Below are positions 1-11,999 of a stretch of DNA of 23,826 bases, piece by piece. Made by a program: the position numbers and the translations under genes. Source of the DNA: Ginkgo biloba (Eukaryota > Plantae > Ginkgophyta); assembly GCA_024626585.2 (NCBI GenBank), contig JANKJI020000002.1, positions 49,969,520-49,993,345 of the forward strand, written 5' to 3'. The notes under the pieces were generated by a model. That model saw only the letters and a list, made by a program, of their open reading frames with translations. It was not told the DNA's origin and did no database searches. Each line of letters begins with the position of its first letter. Position 1 is the stretch's first letter.

Positions 1-399
1 CCACCTCCTCGATGATCCCCCCTACCATCATGTTGACCTACTTGCTGACGTCTATTAAAAATCAGTGTTCCATACAATGGGTGTTGACCTTATGGATGTC
101 ACACCATTCATCTAGTACTAGGACATCCTCTTCCGTGTATTTGTTACACACATGACCTTGTTGATTACAACATGGAGGGCACCAAACATCTTGTCAAGCG
201 GCAGTGGGTACTTCTTATAGTAATTTTGCAATTTTGGCTTTTAAACTCTTGGTTACAGGATTTATTTTCTGTTTTTGCAGTTGTAGGGTTGCTAGTTTTT
301 GTTGCAATCATTACACTTTTGAATATGGATTCAGGGCAATTCAGCTGCTTGCATAAGGGTGATCATCACTGATCAACTAATTTTGCGAATGAAATAGTG

Positions 400-820
400 C
401 ATAGGATGAAGTCACACCATGTTATGGACATGGGGCAATAACCCTTGCACAAAGATCTTAGCCAATGCTAACGTAATCACAAGAGCAAAACTTGTTTTGT
501 AAAATCTGCATTCTTCCATCCGAATATTTGATTGATTCGCTTGCATGTTGCCACTTCTCCAATGCCTGGAATATAGTCAATGGATCCCAACTGTTGGAAA
601 CTGTCAAGAAACAAGGTTTGAATCTCCTCCTAGATGGGGTGGTTTATGCAGATAGATTGGTACCATGCAATTGCGGCTTCACGTAAGGTGCCGAAAAAGC
701 AAGCCTTGATCTTTCGTTCATTTGTAATTTCCTTAAATCAATGATATTTTTGAATAGAGTTATGTAATTGATAGGTTCATTAATACTGTCATAATGCAGG
801 CTTGTGAAAGTGTGATCATT
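400..820 (-). mobile_element. Decayed LTR-retrotransposon (Ty3/gypsy-type) gag remnant
   Basis: Manual translation of the reverse complement of 720-600 gives ERKIKACFFGTLREAAIAWYQSICINHPI*EEIQTLFLDSF. This matches the Retrotrans_gag pattern F..TL...A..WY......W.E....FL..F, with a TGG>TAG stop at the conserved Trp. Boundaries are approximate. Confidence 0.65.
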
Positions 821-1650
821 CTATATGAATATATATCGCTGCTGATTACCACAATTTTTCTCGTCGTTGTTGTTATTGGTATAATTGAGGTTGCGAGTAA
901 GGTCCACCATGGCTAAATACAATTTGCTCTGCTGCATTGTAAATGGTGTGGCAGGTTTGTAGAGAATGAACCCAAAGGTTAAATCACTAACTGGAGAATC
1001 AAAATCACTACTATTTCACCTGTCACTACCCCTTGATGGCACAGAATTAGAATGTGGTTGTAGTTCAATGTCATTATCCATGGGGTCTTTTTCTGCCGTA
1101 ACATTAAGTGCTGAGCTTATTTTTTCTTTGCCTTGTCTACCGTCTATAGACTGCCTTTAGTTTTGACATCGGTTTTGTGATCTTCCCTTTACGTGGTCAA
1201 TGTGCGAGAGTTGGAGCTTAAATTTGGTGATTATGCCTTCGAAGACTTAATTGTACTACTACTTGTGCATTCTTAGGATGGTGGGATTTTACCATTGTTG
1301 GTTTATCATGTAGGAACTGATTTATTTGGCACACTAGAGTTCTTTTATTGCTCTCCTCACTCTCTTTGTTTAGTTTGGGATCAATAGGAGGTTTAATTGC
1401 TCCTTATGGGGCATATGAAGAACCCCCACTCCTCCAGTTGTTTAGTAGGAACCTCCCATAGCTATGACAAACAATGTTATAAAATCTTTGGCCAATGTAG
1501 TAGGTTTATGCTATGTCTTCCCGGTGAACGTGACCTTTAAAGGCTTGGTGNNNNNNNNNNNNNNNNNNNNNNNNNNNNNNNNNNNNNNNNNNNNNNNNNN
1601 NNNNNNNNNNNNNNNNNNNNNNNNNNNNNNNNNNNNNNNNNNNNNNNNNN

Positions 1651-3629
1651 TGGTAGTTAGTTGATAGAGGCACATAAGGGAAGGATTTTCAATTCTTATA
1701 AAGGCATAAGGGTGTTTTTGCTTGAAGTCACTGGGATATGAAAGGAATTGCATCCACAATTTGCTAACATTTCATTTTTACAAAAGATGATGCTAAATCA
1801 ATTTGACAACCTCAACAATGGATGAATCCTACTATGGTGTAGTTTGTCAAGATAGAGTTGGAAAAATTCCTTGCTATNNNNNNNNNNNNNNNNNNNNNNN
1901 NNNNNNNNNNNNNNNNNNNNNTTGGGGGTTGTTTTGAAGAAAGGAGGTAGATGGTGCATTTGTGTTGATTAAAGAATTCTCAACAAAGCTACTCATGATG
2001 ATCATTTTCCTCTACCATTTGTTGATTAGGTTCTGGACAAACTCGCTAATAAGAAGTATTTTTTTCTTTTTCTTGATGGATTTTTTGGTTAAATTTAGAT
2101 TCAAATTGCATCAGAACATCAAGATAAGAGCATGCTCACTTGTCCTTGGGGCAAATTTTCATATTGTGTTTGCCCTTCAGTTTGTGCAATGCTCTTACTA
2201 CATATTAGATGGTGGTTGTCAACATTTTCTACAAATACATTAATGATTTCATAGAGGTATACATGGATTATTTTTTTGTTTGTGGAGATACATTTGAGGA
2301 GGCTTTGGAGAGACAAGAATTTACATTGCAAAAATGTGAATTGATACAATTGTCTATAAGTAGTGAGGAGTGCAAATTGTTGCTCATTAGAGGCATTGTG
2401 CTTGGGCACTTGCTATTGGAAGACATAATTGTAGTTGATTCGACTAAGATTTCTATTGTCGAAGACCTTCCCCCAACCAAGACAAAAGATGTAAAAAAAT
2501 TTTGTTGATGAATAGGATATTAGCATTGGTTCATCAAAGACTTAAATCATATTGCTACCCCTATGTAGCGTTTGTTAAGCATACACAATTTGAATGGACG
2601 TTAGAATGCGAGAAGGCTTTTTAGATATTGAAGGGCAAATTAATCTTTGCACTAGTCCTTTGAGGATCCAATTGGAATCTTCCTTTACGTATTCATAACG
2701 ATGTGTTTGATTTTGTTGTTGGAGTTGTTCTTAGCCAAAATATTGAATTGATTGAGTATGCTATCTATCATGCCAATAAAGCATTGCATTGTACAGAGCA
2801 TAATTATTTTGTCATTGATAAAGAATATTTCGCTGTTGTATTTTGCCATTGATAAATTCAGGCATTACATTTCAAGCTTTTGAACTATCATTCATATTGA
2901 TCATGCCACCATTAAATTTCTTATGAACAAAACGACCACCAATCCTTGAATTAATTGGTGGCTTTTTGTTGCTATAAAAATTTGATTTGGAGATCGTTGA
3001 TAGACGATGAAATGCCTGTGTGGTTGTAGATCATCTTTCACAAATTTTTAATTTGTTTGATGATGGACCCATAAAGGATGCCTTCCTAGGTGAGCATTTA
3101 TTTGGACTCGGTGTTACCCCTCCTTGGGACACAAATATTGCTAATTTTATGGCAGTAGGTGTTATTCCCCAACATTTTTCAAAGAATGAACGAATGCAAT
3201 TGGTTCGCAAAAGTGCTTCTTACACATGGATTGAAGGATATCTATATAAGCAAGGACTAGATAACATCGTTTGTAGGTGCTTGAGGGAAGATGGAGTTTA
3301 CAATGCTTTAAAGATAGTTCATGATGAGCTCTGTGGTGGTCATTTTGTAGCACAACAAGCAACGCCAAAGATCTTGTAGATTGGATATTGGTGCCCACTC
3401 TCTTCAAGGATTCCAATGAGTACATCCTACTTGTGGCCTATGTGGAATGGGCCGACTTGTGAAGTTGACGCTAATGCCTCTTCATTTGGTAATTGTCATT
3501 GGGCCATTTGAGAAAGGGGGATTGGATTTTATTGGGCCAATCACTTGCATATCCCAAGAAAGTATAAACACATTCTAGTTTGCACTGATTATGTTACAAA
3601 ATGGGCAGAAGTCAAATCCATGAGAGAAG
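1651..3629 (+). mobile_element. Decayed Ty3/gypsy (Athila/Tat-like) pol: RT, RNase H, integrase; many stops and frameshifts
   Basis: RT N-terminus KSI*QPQQWMNPTMV*FVKIELEKFL (~1795-1870); degenerate catalytic motif FIEVYMDYF (2248-2274, for YMDDF); IVLGHLL; RNase H PNWNLPLRIHNDVFDFVVGVVLSQ and IDKEYFAV; integrase zinc finger HDELCGGHF; core GPFEKGGLDFIGP and ILVCTDYVTKWAEVK. The order RT-RH-INT is that of gypsy. Truncated by the gap at 3630. Confidence 0.92.
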
Positions 3630-4592
3630 NNNNNNNNNNNNNNNNNNNNNNNNNNNNNNNNNNNNNNNNNNNNNNNNNNNNNNNNNNNNNNNNNNNNNNN
3701 NNNNNNNNNNNNNNNNNNNNNNNNNNNNNNNNNNNNNNNNNNNNNNNNNNNNNNNNNNNNNNNNNNNNNNNNNNNNNNNNAAGTTTGTCGTTTACTCCTT
3801 GCTTCATAATCCATGTCAACAAACATGTTGAAGGTAGGGAATTTAGACAAGAAATACTAAAATATCTATACCTACATTAGTGTGACTAAAATATATCTTC
3901 TCTTTGTCAAATTTGACAAGAGGGCTTCATTCATGTTAGAGGAATACGCAAATATTTCTTCCTACCATCTCATGTAACTTGCCACTAAATTATCTTTCTT
4001 AGACAAGACATATTGAAGTTGATATTCATTAGTTACATTGNNNNNNNNNNAAATGATGACAACGTTTTCTAGCCAACGTTTGTTGTTTGATGGTGTCTCT
4101 CAAAGAGAAATGTATATGGTAACTATGCCCTACTTTGATAAAAAAAGACCATTATATAGTACTTGTTAGTAGGTAGTTGATTCAACTAGTGTCATTGATG
4201 TGTCTTCTATCTAAATGTGGACAAATTTGAGTAACTATTAAGCAGTGGTTTGCCCATATTGGTGAATGTGGAAGGGTGAGTTGTGTGCATGCATGTTGGA
4301 ATAGATTAGGAATGTGAGAGAATCTGATTAACAATTATTAAAATTGCACATAGAAGTCATTGTATATGTAAGAATGACGATAAAATTCAAATAATTGTGC
4401 AAAGTTTCAAGGTCAGTTTCTTTATATGAAAGTGACTCCCTTTTACAACCTAGTACATAAGAAAAGTAGAACCGAATATATCAGTACTTGAGGATAGGAT
4501 CTTCCATAACAGACTTTAAAAATTTGTGCAGCGTCTTAATGAGAGTCTCAAGGCAAATCATGGGAGTCTTATAACTTTTGTTTTGTTGAAAT

Positions 4593-4666
4593 GCCATAGA
4601 TTGGTTTAGTTGCCTATACTGCATTGACGGCCATAGATTGGTTCAATTGTTTATACTGCATTGATG
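4593..4666. repeat. Tandem duplication, 2 x 37 bp
   Basis: gccatagattggtttagttgcctatactgcattgacg (4593-4629) is followed directly by gccatagattggttcaattgtttatactgcattgatg (4630-4666). Confidence 0.85.
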
Positions 4667-5334
4667 GTATGGGTTCATGTGAGGAATGGGCCTAGTTGGA
4701 TGCACGNNNNNNNNNNNNNNNNNNNNNNNNNNNNGGTGTGCTGTGAAAAGGAGTGGTTATGTAAAGATGTTATTTGTAGGGTTCCCATGTTCGACGATGA
4801 ACATGGCGTGGCCTACGGATATGTGGCCTTTATATATATGAGTTTCAATGATGGATAATGCGTGGCCTTAGTGTGCGTTCTAACCATGGCTAATGTCATG
4901 ACCATAGGATATGAAGTTCAACAATGAATAATTCCATGGTCTCAACTTATTGGAATGATACTTATAAGTGNNNNNNNNNNNNNNNNGGTACGAGGGAGGT
5001 ATCAATGGATATGGTGTTCTAAGTTGATGCTGGGGGACATTCTAGCATATAAGTCCCACATCATGATCATTGCAAGATAATATTTTTCATAGACCCTCCA
5101 CTTAGGCATCATATCACTATTCACCCATGAAATCTTAGATTCTTGTTGCACTAATTCATTTATGGTCAAGTAGACAATACAAGTTCCATAGGGATATTGA
5201 GGATGGAAGCTTACAACATAAGTTGCAAGGGGATNNNNNNNNNNNNNNNNNNNNNNNNNNNNNNNNNNNNNNNNNNNNNNNNNNNNNNNNNNNNNNNNNN
5301 NNNNNNNNNNNNNNNNNNNNNNNNNNNNNNNNNN

Positions 5335-6500
5335 TAATATAAATCTACTACATTAAAGACTAGTGAGATGTCATAATCTATTGGCAGATCTACTTGATAG
5401 ACATTTTTGTTGATCCTTTTTATTATCCGACATGGTCCAATCTTCTTGTATTTGAGCTTGTTATTAGTTCCCATAAAAAAATGGTCCTTCTTGAGGAATA
5501 CCATCACTATGTCGCCAACTTCAAACTCTTTATGCCTTCAACATTAGTCTGTTGTAATTTTATATTGGGTATTACTCTCTAACAATCGTCTCTTTACCTC
5601 ATCGTGGACTTGTCTTGGATTTTCGACCATCACCTCAACATCATCAATGAATCACTCTCCACTCAGAATGTCCACCAGATCCACGACCGTCTTTAGCACC
5701 CATCCATACACAACTTGGAAAGGTAATAATCCTGTCGATCTATTTATCGAACTATTGTAGGAAATTTTTTCCTGTGCCAACACCTGATCCCATCGCTTGG
5801 GTTTGTCCCCTTCCAGGCTCCTCAATAAGTTACCCAATGATCTGTTCACTTCCTCAGTTTGACTATCTATATGGGGATGGTATTCACTATTGAACTACAA
5901 CTTTGTATCCATTTTTTTCCATAAGGTCTTCCAAAATTAGCTAAGAAATTTATTGTTCCTGTTAGAAGTAATACTTCTAGGTAATCCATGCAATTAGATT
6001 ATTTCCTTAAGGAATAGTTTCATTATTTTGCTTGTGTCATTGGTCTTTTTGTATGGTATGAAATGGGCCATCTTTGAGAATTTATCAATGACTACAAACA
6101 CTGAGTCATTGCCTCTCTATGTGTTAGGTAATCCTAATACGAAATACATTGAGATGTCTGTCCATGGTGCATCTAGTACTGGCAATATTTTATATAGTCT
6201 GACATTTTACAACTATCCCTTAGCGACTTGGCAGATCCTGCACTTCTCAACAAATTTGCACACATGTTTCCTTAGTCATGGAAAAAAATAACTGTCTTCC
6301 ACTAGTGCAATAGTTTTGTCCCTGCTAAAATATCCTCCTAGTCCACCACTATGTAATTCTTTAATGATATTTTCTCTCATTATGTTGTCGGGTATGTACA
6401 ATTGTTGACCTTTGAACAAATAACCATCCTACATAAAATACTTCATAAAGAAGTTGCTATTTTCGGATGTTAGATTCTTTAGGTATTTAAAGGCTTGTCT
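5335..6500 (-). mobile_element. Decayed Ty3/gypsy integrase, CRM (centromeric chromovirus)-like
   Basis: Minus-strand peptides: ...LHSGGLGGYFSRDKT (zinc-finger region, ~6355-6310), APWTDISMYFVLGLP and [16 protein letters not shown] (core), NRSLGNLLRSLEGDKPKRWDQVLAQ..SYNSSINRSTGLLPFQVVYG, and the GPY/F module KLKYKKIGPCRIIKRINKNVYQVDLPIDYDISLVFNVVDL. The clade assignment rests on the resemblance of the GPY/F module. Confidence 0.9.
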
Positions 6501-7199
6501 AGATCAACTCTTTTATATATTCATATCATGTTTATGAGATTTCTCACTCTTCCCAAGCATGGCTAAAACATTAATGGAATTGGTAGAATTCCTTAACTTC
6601 TTATTGAATCACTTCTTTATCTTGCTTAGCCTCTCCTTATCTTGCATGGTTCATTGTGCCTTCTAATGTAAGAGGTTTGTGTCTCTTTACTTCTGCACAT
6701 ATTATAGAGAATAACTTTGCTATGTAGAATTTAAGTGTTGATTTGACATCCCCAGTTGATCTAAAAAGTAATCTTTTGAATTTTTCTATATAATCTTTCA
6801 TTTATTAGTCTTCTTGATGAAAATTAATCACTTCAACACAAAATGATTCTCCTTAATGGAAGGTTTTTCGTTGAGAAAATGCCTTCTTGAAGTATATAAG
6901 AATAACACTAAACAATGTTCTTTCCTTTTTCCATATTTCATCTATACCCATATAAAAAATATGATATTCTAGGTTATACATAACACAACTTACACTCTTG
7001 TGAGATTATCTGCAATGTTGTTGTTGATGAATACCATTTCGAGCTTGGTAATTCATTGCTATGGTTTAATGTTTTTGCTAATTCAATACTCCAATGGGAA
7101 TTGGCTTTTGTTTAAGCAAATCCTACCTTTTGAAAGCTATCATAGAGTCAATGGCTGACCAAATGCAAATCGACTAACTAGAGTCTAATGTATATGAAT

Positions 7200-7662
7200 A
7201 TGCATACATTTAATATATGATAGAAAGTAAACATCATGCTATATCTTTAGTCTTGGAACAAGAGCATTTTCTTAGAGTAGTAAGAAATAGACAATAATGG
7301 TTTTGTCATCAATGAAAGCTGAGTACAAAGCAACACTGGGAGCATCTTGTGAGTTAGTTAGGCTTTGGGAGATTCTTAGTGATAGAGGTCTTCAACAACA
7401 ATTGTCGATACCAATCCACTGTGATAATCAGAGTGTGATGAAATTGGTGAAAAAACCAATTTTCATGCTCGAACAAAGCACATTTAAGTGCATCATCACT
7501 TCATCAAAGAAAAGGTGCAAACTAAACAGATCGAGCTCCTGTATTATCTAACTCAAGAGCAAATTGTAGATATTTTTACTTAACCATTATGTAAAGAAAA
7601 ACTTATTAGGGTTAAAAAAAATATTACATGTAAAGGCTAATAAAATATCCATTAAGAGGGTA
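7200..7662 (+). mobile_element. Decayed Ty1/copia RT C-terminus/RNase H with polypurine tract
   Basis: VLSSMKAEYKA...IPIHCDNQSVMKLVKKPI, then after a frameshift FHARTKHI*VHHHFIKEKV...EQIVDIFT*PL. These are the canonical copia RNase H motifs (SSTEAEY, CDNQSA, HARTKHI, ADIFTKPL). A PPT-like attaagaggg lies at 7651-7660. Confidence 0.92.
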
Positions 7663-7663
7663 T

Positions 7664-7860
7664 TGTTAGATATTAATGTCTATTTTATTATACATAACTT
7701 AGTTTTATGTTATGTCTAGGTTATGTAGTAGTCACATGTAAGGGTTAGTTTAGCTATTAAGGTTAGAACTTGTCCAACCCTTTAGTATTAAAATTATGAG
7801 AATGATACATTCCCACATCATATGTTTGTAATATATAAAATATAGAAGCTTATGTTTCTT
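7664..7860 (+). repeat. Probable start of the 3' LTR of the copia element (right end not defined)
   Basis: TGTTAGA at 7664 sits immediately after the PPT and is followed by AT-rich U3-like sequence. No second LTR copy is visible to fix the end. Confidence 0.55.
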
Positions 7861-9364
7861 GAAAATCAAAGTCAAATTTTGTTGGAGCCACTATGTTAGG
7901 AACAACCATGGTTCCATTGTAGCCAACTCCACTAGAGCCACCAATGTTGGAGCCAATTATGTTGACAAGTGTTATTTCCTAATATAGTTAACCCACTTCA
8001 AAGTTCCAATAGGTGTTTGCTTCACTTGAATAACATCCCAACACATATTATGTTCTCTTATGTCGTTACAACCAATTAAGGATGCAGTGCTGCTTCATAT
8101 CAACCTTTTGTGTGTCTATTAAAAGATGCTTACTTGCCAAACCATATCAAATTTTGGAGCCTAACACACTTTTTCTTCAACAAGTCATAGAGCGATGACA
8201 TATCATGATGCATTGTACTAACATCTGTCTTGCATATTTTTGGGTAGGCTTCATAGCCCTAGTAACATTTTATGAAACCACCAGCGTCACACCCCACCCG
8301 CCCCTTCTTGACTCACTCTCACTCAATCTTTGCCCCTCTTCATGCTTTGCTTAAAACATTATCCATCCTCCGCATGCCTCCTTCCCAAGGCTACCTTATA
8401 CCTTGTTGGTGTTGGTTTGTTCCTAGTGTTGAGGAGGAAAATGGTTTACTTTCAATCCTTATTTTGTGTACTTCTCTAGCCCTGTATTTGATTACTTGAT
8501 ATTAGCTGACAGGAGCTTTGTTAATCTAGAGCTTGCATCCCTATGCTCTCTTCTCAGGCCCAATTGTATTATGGAAATTTACATTTCAACTCTAGTAACC
8601 ATTAGGAGAGAAAATGTCATAGTATGTTAAGTTCTGCAAGCTATATTTATGGAACTATGGATGCTGTCTAGTTTCGGATTTATCCATTTTGTAAATACAA
8701 CTGGACAGGGTCCAGAAATATTTGTTGTCCTCCTATGCCTTTGTATATGAGGAGTTTACGGCCATTTTCTAATGTTTTCTCGCAACATAATTTGATTGAT
8801 CCAACTGTTCTAACCCAACCTAAAATGTGAGACCTTTTTTTTTGGGTCAATTTCAAGGAAGACACTGTTGAGTTGTANNNNNNNNNNNNNNNNNNNNNNN
8901 NNNNNNNNNNNNNNNNNNNNNNNNNNNNNNNNNNNNNNNNNNNNNNNNNNNNNNNNNNNNNNNNNNNNNNNNNNNNNNNNNNNNNNNNNNNNNNNNNNNN
9001 NNNNNNNNNNNNNNNNNNNNNNNNNNNNNNNNNNNNNNNNNNNNNNNNNNNNNNNNNNNNNNNNNNNNNNNNNNNNNNNNNNNNNNNNNNNNNNNNNNNN
9101 NNNNNNNNNNNNNNNNNNNNNNNNNNNNNNNNNNNNNNNNNNNNNNNNNNNNNNNNNNNNNNNNNNNNNNNNNNNNNNNNNNNNNNNNNNNNNNNNNNNN
9201 NNNNNNNNNNNNNNNNNNNNNNNNNNNNNNNNNNNNNNNNNNNNNNNNNNNNNNNNNNNNNNNNNNNNNNNNNNNNNNNNNNNNNNNNNNNNNNNNNNNN
9301 NNNNNNNNNNNNNNNNNNNNTGAGGGCTATCTCCGTATGTCTGATAGTTCTATTCACCCTCCAG

Positions 9365-9397
9365 GTTATATATGCTTCCACATTTCACATGGATGAG
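9365..9397 (+). CDS. Candidate exon of the WD40-repeat gene (VIYASTFHMDE)
   Basis: Pyrimidine-rich acceptor ttcaccctccag|, 33 nt open, phase 0/0, weak donor |gttccc. Joins in frame to the exon at 9862. Confidence 0.4.
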
Positions 9398-9861
9398 GTT
9401 CCCTATAGAGAAGCTCTAAGTAGGCGCTCATCTCTATCAGCTCTACTGCACCATCTACAGTTGTATTGCATTTTTGGTCACTCATACTGTTTTCATTTCT
9501 TAGGTCAGGACAGTGTTGATGTTAAGTTTTAGTGGAGATGCCTTCGCACTTNNNNNNNNNNNNNNNNNNNNNACTTTGTTGAATAATGTTGTATGCATTC
9601 CCTGTGATGTACTGTAAATGCGTGTAATCACCAGTCCCATTGATCATTTCTTGGCCACCCTTGGAGATTGATATAATTTTTCTCTCTGTTTCTCTCATTC
9701 TTTTTGTGATATTTCTTATTTTCAGAACTTTGACCTTTGTTGTTCTGTGTATTTTCAAGTAGAAAGCCTATTTGTGGTCTCTTTCTATTGTCACTCATGC
9801 TGTTCCATACTTNNNNNNNNNNNNNNNNNNNNNNNNNNNNNNNNNNNNNNNNNNNNNNCAG

Positions 9862-9905
9862 AATACAATGAAGGCCGGGACGGTGATAGAGAAGCCCGTT
9901 CAAAG
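9862..9905 (+). CDS. Exon of the WD40-repeat gene (NTMKAGTVIEKPVQR)
   Basis: cag| at 9859-9861 borders an N gap, so the true start may be further upstream. Donor AAG|gtactt. The exon ends in phase 2 (AG), completed by the A at 10488 to give AGA. Confidence 0.65.
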
Positions 9906-10487
9906 GTACTTGCTAATTTTCCAGACGAGTGACCACAATTTTAAACTTCCTGTTTGTATCGATTTCATCCTTGTCACCCCAACTGTATGCATTTTGATTC
10001 ACATGGACGGAATGAGGAAATGCTATCAGGCAGTCGCATGCTAGAGGGAGGTAATAATGGGCAGGAGAAACTCTAATTTTGCCAATCAACCACATGTGGT
10101 AACTTCTCAGTGAAGCTTGCATGCAATAGAGTATGTTATGCACGAAAACTTTAATGAGTGAATACCTACATGCTTNNNNNNNNNNNNNNNNNNNNNNNNN
10201 NNNNNNNNNNNNNNNNNNNNNNNNNNNNNNNNNNNTAGCTTATATTGAGGGGTTTTGTATATATAGTGTTTAATCAAGCTACCTCCCCCGATCTGGATGC
10301 AAGGATTGAGTGGATAAGATGGTTCTCGTGTTTTGTTGTTTTCGACGCAGAAAGCAATAATGTAACATACCAATGAATCAAAACTATGACAAGCTTTTTA
10401 AATGCAGTGGTTTATGGGAACTTCTTTAACTTGTTTGAAGTTTTTGTTTTCTTTCAATCTGATATACATTTATTGTGAGCTCTGCAG

Positions 10488-10621
10488 AAATGATATTGAG
10501 CGCATTGGGGCAAGAATGGGCTGGATTCAATTGTTGCAGCCTGGAAACTTGCAACATGATAATGTTTTAATGCCATCTTCACCCTCTCTTAGTGATTCAA
10601 ATCTTAGGTCTCCTATTCACG
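10488..10621 (+). CDS. Exon of the WD40-repeat gene (NDIERIGARMGWIQLLQPGNLQHDNVLMPSSPSLSDSNLRSPIH-G)
   Basis: T-rich intron end and acceptor ctctgcag|, donor CG|gtgagc, 134 nt open. Phase 2 in and phase 1 out, compatible with both neighbours. Confidence 0.8.
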
Positions 10622-11999
10622 GTGAGCTTTTATTTTTGATTACAATGCACTGCACATTTGGGTTGTAGTGGGCAGTGATCCTTCAAATTTTAAAGCTTCA
10701 TTTTGTTTTGTTGTATGACTTTCCATTGGTACATGGATTTCCTCAACATCACTCTAAGACAAATGTCCAAGGTTTTAGGGATTTGAGGAGGTGTTTGTTA
10801 TTTTGACTGTTATATGTTTCTAAGATATTCTATGTTATCTGAAGCTTAAGAAAGGTGTCGAAGATAGAAGTTCACAACTAACATTTCAAAAAGGCACTTG
10901 GCCTTCCATTGTTTCTGCTAGACATTTTTCCAGGTCTTTTAAGCTGCCCTCTTTTACTTTTAAAATTCAGAAGCAGGGAATTTCCTTTCTACCAAAACAC
11001 ATTACCTGGCTTGTTTCAATTTATGTATTTTTCATTAACCATGTATTGGTGGCGTGGTGTACCTGGTTACTCGAAGTTGATGGAATGTTTTATAGGTAAT
11101 TTTTTTCCTCAGTATAATTGGGCCAAGGTCTTAGGTTTTGGAAGATTCTGTTTGCTTCTTGTATACTTGGATGTTCTCACTAATGAAGCTTATATTGTTT
11201 CTCCAAGAGTGTATAAGACATGAGTTACATACCTCCATTACATGATGATAGCATTCTTTGTTTCTACCCCCTCATCCTGTCATATGTCTAGGTAACTTTC
11301 ATGGTAGTTATAGTTTATAAAACAAGTTAGAGACTTGTGATAGACTTACTTGTCGACATCCATGAATAATTTTGATTGATGTCGACAAGCTAATATTGGG
11401 CTTATTTTTTGATGTCGATGAAGAGTTGGTGAGATCTACCATGACCTTTGTCGGTGGACCAAATAATTTCAATGTATATTTATGAGGCTCTATCCTTAGT
11501 TATATATCTCTATCACTACCCTTGAAGATTTCCTTTCCTTATCAGTGTCATTATAGATGAGGATGACAGAATCATGTGAGTGTCAACCAAACTCCCCCCG
11601 ATGATCGTCGGTAAACCCACTCCTATAGATGTTGGTCTGGATTATTTTTTACATGCATCAATTTTCTCATCCAACACTCCCCCATGCCTAAAGATTTATC
11701 TTATCCTGANNNNNNNNNNNNNNNNNNNNNNNNNNNNNNNNNNNNNNNNNNNNNAATTCTGCATGGGGATGGTTCCTTGACAACATTTAAAAGGGCCGGT
11801 AATAGTTCCATCTATAGTTTATATCACTCCTTTGTGATCTATGCAACTAACTATAGATGCATTTTTGTAATGCTAGTGATAACAGACCCATATGGCTTAG
11901 GTTTGGCAACCTCCTTCTAAATTTGATGAAGGTTATCCTTGGAAATCTATACCTAGTCTATCACCTATTATTTGATAGACTCTACCTTCCCCTTATAGT

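Noticed and set aside
8000-8260. Possible hAT dimerisation-domain remnant on the minus strand
   Set aside because: The diagnostic WW, SSS.CERNWS and KKRNRL motifs could not be recovered.
8680-9532. Long ORFs (151-233 aa) in the ORF track, and similar X-rich ORFs elsewhere
   Set aside because: Artefacts of translating through N runs.
9862-9905. Alternative reading EYNEGRDGDREARSK for this exon
   Set aside because: It ends in phase 0 and cannot join the phase-2 exon at 10488; the NTMKAGTVIEKPVQR frame does.
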